Shown here one piece after another: positions 30,461 through 40,255 of a stretch of 64,000 bases of DNA. A model generated the notes under the pieces. That model had not been told where the DNA came from. It saw only the letters and a program-made list of their open reading frames with translations, and did not search any database. Source of the stretch: Gammaproteobacteria bacterium (GTDB lineage: Bacteria > Pseudomonadota > Gammaproteobacteria > Eutrophobiales > Eutrophobiaceae). Positions within the stretch are counted from its first letter, which is position 1; each line of letters begins with the position of its first letter. The position numbers and the translations under genes are program-made. The DNA is taken from assembly GCA_947480335.1 (NCBI GenBank), contig CANKCB010000012.1, forward strand, positions 527 through 64,526. Direction: 5' to 3'.

Positions 30461-32617
30461 TTAGAACGATCCGCTCAGTGACAGGCCAATTTCACGACCG
30501 TCGGTACGGTCCTGTATTTGTTTGCGTGATACCGGTGATACGTCTCGCTGGCCGGTATATATTGTGCGTTCACGCAGCTTGCTGCGGTCCATTGCGTTGT
30601 TGAATTCCAGCCGGGTTTTTAACCCAAACCAACGGGTGGTTTCAACAAACAGGTTCAACAGCGGGTCCTTGTCTCGCACATCGCATTCATTCACCTTATA
30701 TACAGGTAGTTTTGCCTCAAAGGTAACATCAGCGCCCCAGGCCACCCGCTCTGCCTCAAAATCCTGGCGGTAATCGACCACAACTACATATTCGTTATCG
30801 TTATCAAAAATACTGCGGGTATTATTGCTGTCAGACAGGATAGTTGCCGTCAGTGAACGTGTTTTACCGGTAACCGGGTCGACCACACTGGAATGCTGCC
30901 AGCGCGAATTTACATTGATACGGGCATTATCAAGGCCAATCCAGCCGAGCTTCAGCGTGCCTTCCAACTGAATGCCGTAACGCTTGCCGTCGCCGATATT
31001 GCCGGGGGCTTCATCATTGATAGATACCGGAATAAGATCCTGCACATCCGTAATCCAGTGACGGAAGAATGTCAGCTTAATCACACTCTGCTGACCGAAA
31101 CGCTGCTCATATCCGAACTCGGATTTGATTGTGCTTTCCGGTTTCAGATCCGGGTTGCCGAGGGACACATCATCGTCCAGCAACAGACTGGCACTGATAA
31201 AATCGTCAAACAACAATTGAGCGACGTCTCTCGCTACGCGGAGTCTAAACTTGCTGGACTCACCAGGCGTATAACTCAACTCTGCATGCGGCTTTAAATA
31301 GAACAACCTGTGGTCCGCGTTCGCAATGCCGGATTGCGACAGTTTTGACCCTTCTGCTCCCATACCATAATCCAGTTCATACTGACCCAGGGTCCAGGTG
31401 TCTTTTAACAGAAAATCCACACGATCTTCGGAGATAGCCGTTGTGGCTCCGGGAACCACGATTGATCGGGAGCCTGTACTGGTTTTTTCCGTTTGCAATT
31501 CCTCGTTATCGACCAGATTATAGCTGCCTTCCAGATTCAGCCTGATTGTGTGTGCAGCAAGGCCGGTCCATTCAAACTCGGATCGGGCGATGGCTTCCTT
31601 TTCGATCTGGTAGGTATCTTTGAGTAATTCAGCTGTAAGGATGGCCGCTGAATTGATACTGCGCTGGGTGGAGGCAGCATCTTCAGCTTCACGACTGAAA
31701 AACAACAGGGCATTACCGGCCAGATCCGGCGTGAAGTTATGTTCGGCGGTCACACCCATTTCAAACTGTAATTCATCACTGACACCGCGGGTCAGTTCGT
31801 TACGTGTACCCTGCCCGACTGGCGTGCGATGGGAAGTGAATCTGTCTACACCATTCTGAATTCCAAACTGGGAGTTCCAGGTAAGCAGCGTGTCTTCGGT
31901 ATACCACGTGGACGCAGTCAAATCGAAATTGGCTTCGAATTCTTTAGCAAAGCCATGTTCCTGACGCTGTTCAGTCAGCTTGCCATTACCATCAACGATG
32001 TGTTCATCATTACGTTCGCTGAATGATTTTCTGAACACATCCAGACCGCCGTTGAAGTCGATGCCACGCCAGCGATCTGACAAGGCAATATTGGAAAACC
32101 AGGGGACAGTATTCATGTCCGTATTATGATAAGCCTTCATTGACCAGCGTACGGCGGCCGGCGTATCTGTGCGCAGTACCACGTTCGCTACCTGTGGTTC
32201 TCCCAGCAATTCAATGTCACGTACCGGACCCCGGATCAATTCTATTTTTTCTACCTGACTGGCCGGCACGCGATCCAGAATCGAAGGCACGGTAACGCGT
32301 TTACTACTGGGGCGTCGACCATCAATCAGTACATTACCCGTGTCACTGCCGTAACCGCGGAGTTCGCCACCAAAATTCAGACGAAACCCCGGTAACTGTT
32401 TGAGCATATCCAGTGCTGAACCGGGACGGAAACGACTGAAAAAACCGGCCGGATAGCTGACCACATTCTCATCCACGGCAACGGGTCGGCTGGCGGCATC
32501 CAGTGAGTCATCACCTGGCGTAGTCGAATTTTCTGTCTGTGCCATCAAGGTTGTGGCAAACGGAACCATACAAATTAATACCAGCAGAATTCTTAATCCG
32601 ATTTTTGTAGTAGACAC
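30461..32617 (-). CDS. TonB-dependent receptor (paralog of 9130-11280)
   Basis: ALDMLKQLPGF, VEKIELIRGPVR, GNPDLKPE, EAPGNIGDG; ends LSGSF. Confidence 0.88.
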   Translation of the reverse strand: MSTTKIGLRILLVLICMVPFATTLMAQTENSTTPGDDSLDAASRPVAVDENVVSYPAGFFSRFRPGSALDMLKQLPGFRLNFGGELRGYGSDTGNVLIDGRRPSSKRVTVPSILDRVPASQVEKIELIRGPVRDIELLGEPQVANVVLRTDTPAAVRWSMKAYHNTDMNTVPWFSNIALSDRWRGIDFNGGLDVFRKSFSERNDEHIVDGNGKLTEQRQEHGFAKEFEANFDLTASTWYTEDTLLTWNSQFGIQNGVDRFTSHRTPVGQGTRNELTRGVSDELQFEMGVTAEHNFTPDLAGNALLFFSREAEDAASTQRSINSAAILTAELLKDTYQIEKEAIARSEFEWTGLAAHTIRLNLEGSYNLVDNEELQTEKTSTGSRSIVVPGATTAISEDRVDFLLKDTWTLGQYELDYGMGAEGSKLSQSGIANADHRLFYLKPHAELSYTPGESSKFRLRVARDVAQLLFDDFISASLLLDDDVSLGNPDLKPESTIKSEFGYEQRFGQQSVIKLTFFRHWITDVQDLIPVSINDEAPGNIGDGKRYGIQLEGTLKLGWIGLDNARINVNSRWQHSSVVDPVTGKTRSLTATILSDSNNTRSIFDNDNEYVVVVDYRQDFEAERVAWGADVTFEAKLPVYKVNECDVRDKDPLLNLFVETTRWFGLKTRLEFNNAMDRSKLRERTIYTGQRDVSPVSRKQIQDRTDGREIGLSLSGSF

Positions 32618-32818
32618 TTAAATTAGTCTCCAGACTGGAAGTGATATTTCAAAATATGAAACGGTGATGACATTACCCATTCAACCCTATAAATACAAGC
32701 GTATCGGTGGTTTTTAGGCCTGTTTTCACACTTAATCCTTTTTGATTAATCGACTGTTCAGCTTACCTCTGATGTCATTCCCTGTTAAAATTTACCCAAA
32801 TCTATAGAGGGTATTTTT

Positions 32819-35806
32819 CTGTCCAATTTACTTTTTCTCGCCCGCATACTCGGCAAGCGGTCTTTTCTGGTCTTTTCCCTAGTAACGTTTCTGATTGTAT
32901 CGATCCTGGCCTCGGTCAATATCGCCTCACGCTATGCACTGAAACAGTATGTAGATGACCAGCTGGGAAGAATCAACTGGGACATTTCGGGATACCAGTC
33001 CGGTGATGTACACGCCATTCGTGAGGTTTCACGCACGATGCGCACCACCGATGGCATACTCAAGCACAATAATCTGATCTTCCTGAAAAACTCACTGACG
33101 ACCGAAGACATTGCCTACATTGATAATCAGCCAATGCGTATGCCCTGGCTGTCATTATTAACCACCTCTGATATTTCCATGCTGCCACTGAGTATTCGCC
33201 CGACAACCGGCAAGGCGGTGTTGGTACTGGTCGGCACCAAGGCTCAGATGGGCAATGCCTATGCCGAGTTGCAAAATCGCAAACGGTTCCAGTTAAAGCT
33301 GGAAAACCATCATATGCTTGATGAACCAGTCGACCCAAGTCTGCCGGTGGAAGAACATGTCGATAGCCCCCAGGATTTGGTCAGTATTGAAGTACTGGAT
33401 CTGGAGCTGGAACGCACCATGCGTATTGAACGCAACGATTTGAATCGCTGGTTCCTGGAACAAACCAGTTCACCGTCACTGATACCTGAAATTGGCGCGA
33501 TCCTGGTCACGCCTTATGATGAAAGCCTGATATTCAAATTTGATGCGCTGGCGCGAGGTATCGTCACGGCCCACCATGAAGAAGGCGGGGATGTGCATGA
33601 AGAAGCCGGCAATTATTTTCCGGATATTATTCATTTGATGAAAATCGATACCAACCGGATGATTTCCGGATGGGACATCAGTGGTTCCTTGCTGAATCTG
33701 ATCAATTTGCAAAGCTATCTGAATGAACGGATCTTCAGTATCGGCCCGCGCGTGTTTCTCGATAACTCTACCCGGGTATTGCTGGAACGCATGAATGAAA
33801 CAGCGAAACGGGTCGGGCTGATCAGTCTGTTGATTGCACTACCGCTGATCTGGGTCGGCTGGATCCTGATGGGTAATTTGTCTGGAATGTTATTATTAAA
33901 TGAGCGCCGCAAGTTTGGTTTGATGCGCCTTCGGGGTGTATCTGGTCGGGCGATGGGACGGGCTTTACAGTTATCGATTGGTTCGGGTGCGCTGCTAGGC
34001 GGCAGCATCGGCGCAATCGCAGGTACCTTGTTACCACTGTGGTTATATGAGGGTAGCCTGTTACCACTGCATCTGATCCTGATTGTCCAGCAACCGTATA
34101 TCTTGCTCACCTTTATTATTATCGGTGTAGTAGTTGCCCTTGCGGTCAGCCGCAAACTGGTCAGATATGCATCCACTATTTCGCCACTGGAAGCGTCCGG
34201 TCGGGTGGTATCTTCGGAAACGCGTCAGGCTACCGTGCGTTTCGGTATCACCGGATTGCTGGCTTTGCTGCTGGGTAGTTACAAGATCCTTGCGTGGATA
34301 TTCAATTATTCGATAGCTACATCAACCGAAATCAAATGGCTAATTACCTTTGACCATGCGCTCGATTTTGCTGGCTTCCCGCTGTTTGTTTATGGACTGG
34401 TCACATTCCTGGTATCGCGCCAGTCGTTAATGAACCATGTGTTACAGATGATCGTCGCTCTCATCGGCGGCCCGATGCACCACCTGACCCTGAAACACAT
34501 TGCCACCCGCCCGCAACGGGTTGCCGGGTTTCTGCTGATCGTCGCAATGATGACCACCATAGGACTGTATCCGACGGTGATGACCGCCGTGTTTGATAAC
34601 AAGATCGAACGCGGCACCCGTGTACAGGTGGGTTCTGATATCCAGCTGACACTGAATGCGTCAGATATCGTCAGCAATGATTTGTTGGCCAGTGGTGGTG
34701 TCGGCGTTCAGTATCAGGCGATATCGCAAAAAATTCCTGAATTAATCAAAACGATGCAGGGCGTGGAAGGTGTGCGTAATGTTAGCTGGACCCTGTTTGA
34801 AGGTGTGTCCGATGGTGTCTATATACCGGGCTATGGTTTTAATGGATTGCCACTGTATTTCCTGCCAAACCCGCAAGAATATAGCGATACCGTGTATGCA
34901 GAGGAATCACTGGCGCAACAGGGCACATTCTCAGAACTGATGTCAGGAATTAAACTGGGCAAGGTCATCCTTTCACCGGCTGTGGCCTCATTTCTAGAAA
35001 AGGCACCGGGAGAATCCACCCAACTTGGTCGCCAGACGGATGGAGAGAAAATGGTTGAAGCCACCATTGCTGGTGCAACCTGGTATTTGCCCGGCAGCCC
35101 GCTGGTGTCAGTGACTGACCGCGAGTCGTTCGATGCGGCACGAGTGGATTATGTTAATCATCTGTTCTCCAATAATGCCTATATCGCGCTTGACCCAAAT
35201 CAGGCGGCTATCAAGGACCTGGACGTGCTGATTTCCGGAATCCAGTTTGCCGTACAACTGATGCCAGGTTTTGATGCGGAACAGGTCAGCGCCAATCTGA
35301 TCAAGGCCTTGCCGATAGAACCATCAAACATCCGTAGCTACGATCAGGAAATTCGCAAGATTGGCAGTGATATGTATATATTTCTGGCCCGCCAGAACGT
35401 ACAGATTTACCTGATAGGCGGATTACTGCTGGCCATCATTGGTATCCTGTCTGTGGCTTATACCAATTATATGGAAGACCGTCGCACGCTGGGTCTGTTA
35501 CGGATACGCGGTGCCGGGCCAGGAGCGATGTTACGCTTTTTTGGTTCAGGCATTTTTGCACCCTCGTATATCGGTTTGATCATAGGCATTGTGGTGTCAC
35601 TGATTGTCGGTTTTGGCATCACCAATCTGGTCTGGCAGTTGCGCGAGATTAAAAATATCCTGTTGTATCTGGTAACACATCTCGCCATCTCCGGATTGAC
35701 TGTGGTGATAACGGTCATCCTGTTCGCGGTCATTACCCTGGTTGGACTGGTATTTAGTCGCTGGGCATTCCGCAAATCGGTACGTGAAGGATTGAGCGAT
35801 AACTGA
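32819..35806 (+). CDS. Large MacB/FtsX-family ABC permease (probable CTG start)
   Basis: Two ERR.(F/L)GL.R.RG FtsX motifs and two large periplasmic regions. The frame is open 73 codons upstream of the ATG at 33038, encoding TM1, back to a CTG 7 nt after AGAGGG. Confidence 0.85.
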   Translation: MSNLLFLARILGKRSFLVFSLVTFLIVSILASVNIASRYALKQYVDDQLGRINWDISGYQSGDVHAIREVSRTMRTTDGILKHNNLIFLKNSLTTEDIAYIDNQPMRMPWLSLLTTSDISMLPLSIRPTTGKAVLVLVGTKAQMGNAYAELQNRKRFQLKLENHHMLDEPVDPSLPVEEHVDSPQDLVSIEVLDLELERTMRIERNDLNRWFLEQTSSPSLIPEIGAILVTPYDESLIFKFDALARGIVTAHHEEGGDVHEEAGNYFPDIIHLMKIDTNRMISGWDISGSLLNLINLQSYLNERIFSIGPRVFLDNSTRVLLERMNETAKRVGLISLLIALPLIWVGWILMGNLSGMLLLNERRKFGLMRLRGVSGRAMGRALQLSIGSGALLGGSIGAIAGTLLPLWLYEGSLLPLHLILIVQQPYILLTFIIIGVVVALAVSRKLVRYASTISPLEASGRVVSSETRQATVRFGITGLLALLLGSYKILAWIFNYSIATSTEIKWLITFDHALDFAGFPLFVYGLVTFLVSRQSLMNHVLQMIVALIGGPMHHLTLKHIATRPQRVAGFLLIVAMMTTIGLYPTVMTAVFDNKIERGTRVQVGSDIQLTLNASDIVSNDLLASGGVGVQYQAISQKIPELIKTMQGVEGVRNVSWTLFEGVSDGVYIPGYGFNGLPLYFLPNPQEYSDTVYAEESLAQQGTFSELMSGIKLGKVILSPAVASFLEKAPGESTQLGRQTDGEKMVEATIAGATWYLPGSPLVSVTDRESFDAARVDYVNHLFSNNAYIALDPNQAAIKDLDVLISGIQFAVQLMPGFDAEQVSANLIKALPIEPSNIRSYDQEIRKIGSDMYIFLARQNVQIYLIGGLLLAIIGILSVAYTNYMEDRRTLGLLRIRGAGPGAMLRFFGSGIFAPSYIGLIIGIVVSLIVGFGITNLVWQLREIKNILLYLVTHLAISGLTVVITVILFAVITLVGLVFSRWAFRKSVREGLSDN

Positions 35807-35900
35807 CCAGCGTCTTCATGCTGGCGAGAGAAGAACGATACGCCGGTATGCGATATGCGGACAGGCGCAATAAAAAAGTAGACTAAAGGAATAACAATAG

Positions 35901-36608
35901 ATGAGTGGAACAGAAACAATGATACAGATCGATAAGGTCGTAAAAAAATACATGACGGCCGCTGGCGAAGTAACGGCACTGAAACAAATCGACTGGCAAA
36001 TTGGCCGGGGTGAAGCGATTGCCATCATGGGGCCAAGCGGCTGCGGTAAAACCACACTGCTGAACCTGGTAGGTTCAATGGACAATGCCTCGGAAGGTTC
36101 GATCATCGTTGATGGTCTGGACGTGACGCGGATGACAGAACGCCAGGCAGAAAATTATCGACTGAAAAAAGTCGGCTTTATCTTCCAGTTTTTTAATCTG
36201 GTGCCCTCGCTGTCCGCGATGGACAATCTTGAATTACCGATGATACTGGCCGGTGTACCCAGACCCCAACGTCTGGAGAAAGCCCAGAAACTGTTGCAGA
36301 CAGTTGGTCTGGGTGAAAAAGGCCATAAACGCCCGGAAGAACTGAGCGGTGGCGAGCAACAACGCGTCGCGGTCTGTCTGGCTCTGGTTAATGATCCGGA
36401 TCTGATACTGGCTGACGAACCTACCGGAAATCTGGATGTAGCAAATATGGAAATCATCACACGGTTACTGATTTCGCTGGCAAAGGATCAGGGTAAAACC
36501 GTAATTGTTGCAACGCATGATCAGAAAATGGCAGATACCTTCCCCACCATCTTCCGAATGCGTGATGGCAAATTTGAATCACACGTGGTTTCTGACCGGG
36601 ATCACTAG
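35901..36608 (+). CDS. LolD/MacB-type ABC transporter ATP-binding protein
   Basis: GPSGCGKT, GFIFQFFNL, LSGGEQQRV, ILADEPTGNLD, ATHD. Confidence 0.95.
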   Translation: MSGTETMIQIDKVVKKYMTAAGEVTALKQIDWQIGRGEAIAIMGPSGCGKTTLLNLVGSMDNASEGSIIVDGLDVTRMTERQAENYRLKKVGFIFQFFNLVPSLSAMDNLELPMILAGVPRPQRLEKAQKLLQTVGLGEKGHKRPEELSGGEQQRVAVCLALVNDPDLILADEPTGNLDVANMEIITRLLISLAKDQGKTVIVATHDQKMADTFPTIFRMRDGKFESHVVSDRDH

Positions 36609-36666
36609 ACAATGATCGGGTATGATCATTCATCATATTTATCTGCATTTATCAGGAGTATCAAGT

Positions 36667-38481
36667 ATGCGTAATTTTCGAATGGTATTACTCACGCTGG
36701 GACTGACCACTGTCTACCAGTTGGCTGATGCACAGGACCATTTATCTGCTGAACAACAGAAGATGACGGCTCAGGAACGCAATCTGGTATATGCCCCCTG
36801 GGACCCGTCTCAGATGCCTGAATTACGAAAAAAAATCGGTTTGATCGGGCCAGGTACGAAAACCCCTTTTCCACAAGCCCGTTTCCCCAGCTATCTCAAA
36901 ACACCGGAAAGCGTGGAAGAACTGATGCCACAAGCCCAATATGCCGTTCAGCAAAAAGGCGGTCGTTCACCTTTGGGGCTGGTTGATCCAGGTGACATTG
37001 TTTTAATACCGTTGCCACATACGGCAGATCCTCTGGTTCAGGAAGCGATCAAACGCGCCTTCACCGCAAGACGGGTAGAAGTAAGATTGATCTATGAATA
37101 CGAGCTGGCCGGAATTTCCAAAGAAGATCTGGATACGATTACCCGGATTCAAAATGTATTCAAGGCCGGTGATGGACAGCAGGAACTGAACTACCTGCAA
37201 ATCACCGGTGCAATGGATAACTGGGATGCGGCCGTGAAATGGACCAGGGATCACGATCCGGTATTGGCTGACGCGACATGGCCAGCATTTAAATACCCTA
37301 ACGAAAGAGTGGAAACACTGGCAAAATATTTCCAGAAGCTGATTGATGCAGCCGTAGTCAAGTACCTGGATGAACATCCTGAAGTGAACAAGGTATTCTG
37401 GCGTACTGGTGGCAGACCCTTTGCCATGCACGCATTGAAACATCATGCCCAGAAACTGGTCGGTAATTATACTTACCTGAATAATTTCGACATCATGAGT
37501 AAGGTCCCGGCCTATCCGTCAGATGTCTGGCGCATGATTGAAGGCAAGATGATTGAGCCGATGGCCTATACCGATCGGGTTGAAGTGACTGACCCGGAAG
37601 GCAGTGCCTTTTATTTTGAATTGACGCCAGAGCAGGCAAAAATCTGGTCGCAAGGCTCTTATCTGCAGGGTCATATTTTCATGATCCCTTCCCAGTCATC
37701 GGGTATTTATCCGTTCTCGTTTATTTCATATCCGGCACAGAATAATGACTGGCTGCCAACTATCCAGATGACCACTGCAAATGGCGTGATTGCTTCAAGC
37801 AATAGCCATGCATCCAACCATCCGCGCATGGAAATACATATCAAAAATGGTTATGTGCAGGACGTCATTGGCGGTGGATTCTATGGTGATGGTTTCAGGT
37901 TATGGCTGAAATATCCCAAAATCAATGAATTGACCTGGCCGTTCCAGAAGAATCCGGGATTCTGGTGGTTGTTTGAAGCAGGTACCGGTACCAATCCAAA
38001 ATACTTCAAGCACCCGGGTGAAATGCTGGTGGGTGATAACCTGTCTGAACGCAATGCCGGTGGTGTCATACACTGGTCATTCGGCGCTGAAGTAAAAAAC
38101 GGTCCGGAAAAGGACAAGGAAAAATCAGCACGTTCACCTGATGCGATCGAGTTCGGCAAGCAGAACCAGGTGCCTATCGGACACGCCATGCATAATCATA
38201 CCCTGATGCCCACCTACCAGATTCGTCTGCATGATTCTGGCAAATGGCAGACGGTCATTGAGCATGGTCAAATCATGGCCAGCAATGATCCGGAAGTACG
38301 TGCGATAGCATCACGCTATGGTAACCCGGACGAGATATTGCGTAGGGACTGGATCCCTGAAATTCCGGGCATCACCGCACCGGGTAATTATAACAAGGAT
38401 TATGCCTCCAACCCCGGCAAACACTGGCTGAAATGGGCGCACAGCATACTCGACAATACTAATAAGTACATGGGTGAATAG
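36667..38481 (+). CDS. Exported protein with a C-terminal M29 aminopeptidase/NicX-like region
   Basis: Signal peptide from ATG 36667 (AGGAG RBS); VEVTDPEGS, I.IKNG.V.DV.GG, FEAGTGTNP, SER..GVIHWSFG, HNH. Confidence 0.6.
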   Translation: MRNFRMVLLTLGLTTVYQLADAQDHLSAEQQKMTAQERNLVYAPWDPSQMPELRKKIGLIGPGTKTPFPQARFPSYLKTPESVEELMPQAQYAVQQKGGRSPLGLVDPGDIVLIPLPHTADPLVQEAIKRAFTARRVEVRLIYEYELAGISKEDLDTITRIQNVFKAGDGQQELNYLQITGAMDNWDAAVKWTRDHDPVLADATWPAFKYPNERVETLAKYFQKLIDAAVVKYLDEHPEVNKVFWRTGGRPFAMHALKHHAQKLVGNYTYLNNFDIMSKVPAYPSDVWRMIEGKMIEPMAYTDRVEVTDPEGSAFYFELTPEQAKIWSQGSYLQGHIFMIPSQSSGIYPFSFISYPAQNNDWLPTIQMTTANGVIASSNSHASNHPRMEIHIKNGYVQDVIGGGFYGDGFRLWLKYPKINELTWPFQKNPGFWWLFEAGTGTNPKYFKHPGEMLVGDNLSERNAGGVIHWSFGAEVKNGPEKDKEKSARSPDAIEFGKQNQVPIGHAMHNHTLMPTYQIRLHDSGKWQTVIEHGQIMASNDPEVRAIASRYGNPDEILRRDWIPEIPGITAPGNYNKDYASNPGKHWLKWAHSILDNTNKYMGE

Positions 38482-38487
38482 ACTCGT

Positions 38488-39363
38488 ATGCGCTATTCAA
38501 TAAAACGTAATTTGCTGAATCGTTCGTCGAGGCAAACCCGGCTCTGGCTATCCACCCTGGCAATGTTTTCCCTGCTCTGGTGTCAGTTAGCCAGCGCCGT
38601 GGAGCTGGATGTACCGTATGTCGAAACGCCGGACGATATCGCCACGCTAATGATGGATATGGCACAGATTACGCCAGAGGATTACGTTATTGACCTGGGC
38701 ACAGGCGATGGTCGTCTGGTTCTGGCTGCCGTAAAACGAGGCGCTACCGGACTCGGTGTGGATCTGGATCCGCAACGTATCGAGGAAGCCAATGCAAATG
38801 CCCGCAATGCGGGTGTAACAGACAAGGTCAAATTCGTCATCGGGGATCTGTTCAAGACTGATATCAGCCAGGCAACAGTGTTGACATTATTTCTGAACAG
38901 CGAAGTCAATATGCGACTCAGACCAATACTGTTTGAGCAACTTAAACCCGGCACCCGTGTGGTTTCTCACAACTTTGATATGGAAGATTGGCAACCGGAT
39001 CAGCAGCAAGAGCTGATGGTCAATGACCGGAATAACTACTATATACACGATATTTTTTACTGGGTAATTCCTGCCAAGGTAGAGGGTGATTGGCAATGGC
39101 AGATGGGCAAGGACCAGTTTCAGATGTCTGTCAGCCAACAGTTTCAGACTATAGAAGCAGAACTCCGGATCAATCAACAGACGCTCATCGTCAAAAATGC
39201 CACGGTAACAGGCACAGAATTGAAAATCACCGCTGTTAATGCTGACGGCAGTCAGGAATATATATTGAATGGACAGGTCACGGATAACAACATCACTGGC
39301 ACTATCAGCTCGGGGTTTGCTGGTGGTGACAAGCCGACAAACTGGCATGCCACAAGAAAGTAA
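38488..39363 (+). CDS. Class I SAM-dependent methyltransferase with signal peptide and C-terminal beta domain
   Basis: LDVPYVETP, VIDLGTGDGR, LKPGTRVVSHNF; hydrophobic leader ending ASA. Confidence 0.88.
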   Translation: MRYSIKRNLLNRSSRQTRLWLSTLAMFSLLWCQLASAVELDVPYVETPDDIATLMMDMAQITPEDYVIDLGTGDGRLVLAAVKRGATGLGVDLDPQRIEEANANARNAGVTDKVKFVIGDLFKTDISQATVLTLFLNSEVNMRLRPILFEQLKPGTRVVSHNFDMEDWQPDQQQELMVNDRNNYYIHDIFYWVIPAKVEGDWQWQMGKDQFQMSVSQQFQTIEAELRINQQTLIVKNATVTGTELKITAVNADGSQEYILNGQVTDNNITGTISSGFAGGDKPTNWHATRK

Positions 39364-39403
39364 TCAGCACAGCAAGTTATACTTCAACTCGCTGCCAATA
39401 CAG

Positions 39404-40156
39404 TTACTCGGGGTTTAACACCCCGCCATATTGAGAGGTCGATGCGGCCGCCGCCGGCTCCGGATTGGTTGCTGTGGATGTAGCTGGTTCTTCTGCCAGA
39501 GTAGCGGCCAGACTTTCAAATCCCATATTTTGCAACCATTGTCGCAGATGGAACCTGAAGTCTGCGCTTGCCGTCCGTTCATTAAATTTTGCTTCAGCTG
39601 CGACCAGTTTTTCGGTTGTCTGTTGCAATTTTCTGTAAACCAACATCTTGTCCAGATAGGTGTCCGTCAAATCAAACATGTAGGCGGTAATTCCATCGGC
39701 ATCCAGATCACTGGCAAAGGCTTCCTGACTTTCCATGTCTGCAATGTAATCGATTAGTTCCATGGCAATTTCTATCACATGCATACCAGTAACCGAACGG
39801 CCAGCCTGTGGATTGTCTTTCAGCGTGCTGGGCAACTGCAGGGAGATACCATCGGCCTGTTGCATATGCAGTAACATGCCATCTACTTCTTCCTTCAATA
39901 CTGTCAGACTGACTTTTAGCTGACGTAATTGCGGATCAGGCCATTCAGTAACTTCTCTTCTTTCCAGTGCGATATCACCAATAACCTGTTTGACCTGTTC
40001 TATCGATTGCTCGACCTGGTCATTTTTGTTGTCAATCATGAAGCTGTTCCACGGGCCCTCGCCATGGGCATAAGAACATACAGGATGGATCAGCATTAGA
40101 ACTGATATCAACAGAGACAAGTAGTTTGGAGGATTAGTTTTCATAAGCGTCGTCAA
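39404..40156 (-). CDS. Hypothetical exported, mostly helical protein
   Basis: 250-aa ORF with a signal-like leader (..VCSYA/HGEG) and a low-complexity A/T/E tail; last gene of the receptor-amidohydrolase run. Confidence 0.7.
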   Translation of the reverse strand: MTTLMKTNPPNYLSLLISVLMLIHPVCSYAHGEGPWNSFMIDNKNDQVEQSIEQVKQVIGDIALERREVTEWPDPQLRQLKVSLTVLKEEVDGMLLHMQQADGISLQLPSTLKDNPQAGRSVTGMHVIEIAMELIDYIADMESQEAFASDLDADGITAYMFDLTDTYLDKMLVYRKLQQTTEKLVAAEAKFNERTASADFRFHLRQWLQNMGFESLAATLAEEPATSTATNPEPAAAASTSQYGGVLNPE

Positions 40157-40202
40157 TCTGGCGTACAGAATAACAGACAGGTGTGGGTTGAGGCTATCGA
40201 TG

Positions 40203-40230
40203 CTGGCGGCGGTAAGCTTACCGCCGCCAG
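40203..40230. repeat. Perfect 28-bp GC-rich palindrome
   Basis: CTGGCGGCGGTAAGCTTACCGCCGCCAG, intergenic. Confidence 0.7.
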
Positions 40231-40255
40231 ATCGTTTAATATTTTACTGCCTGCT

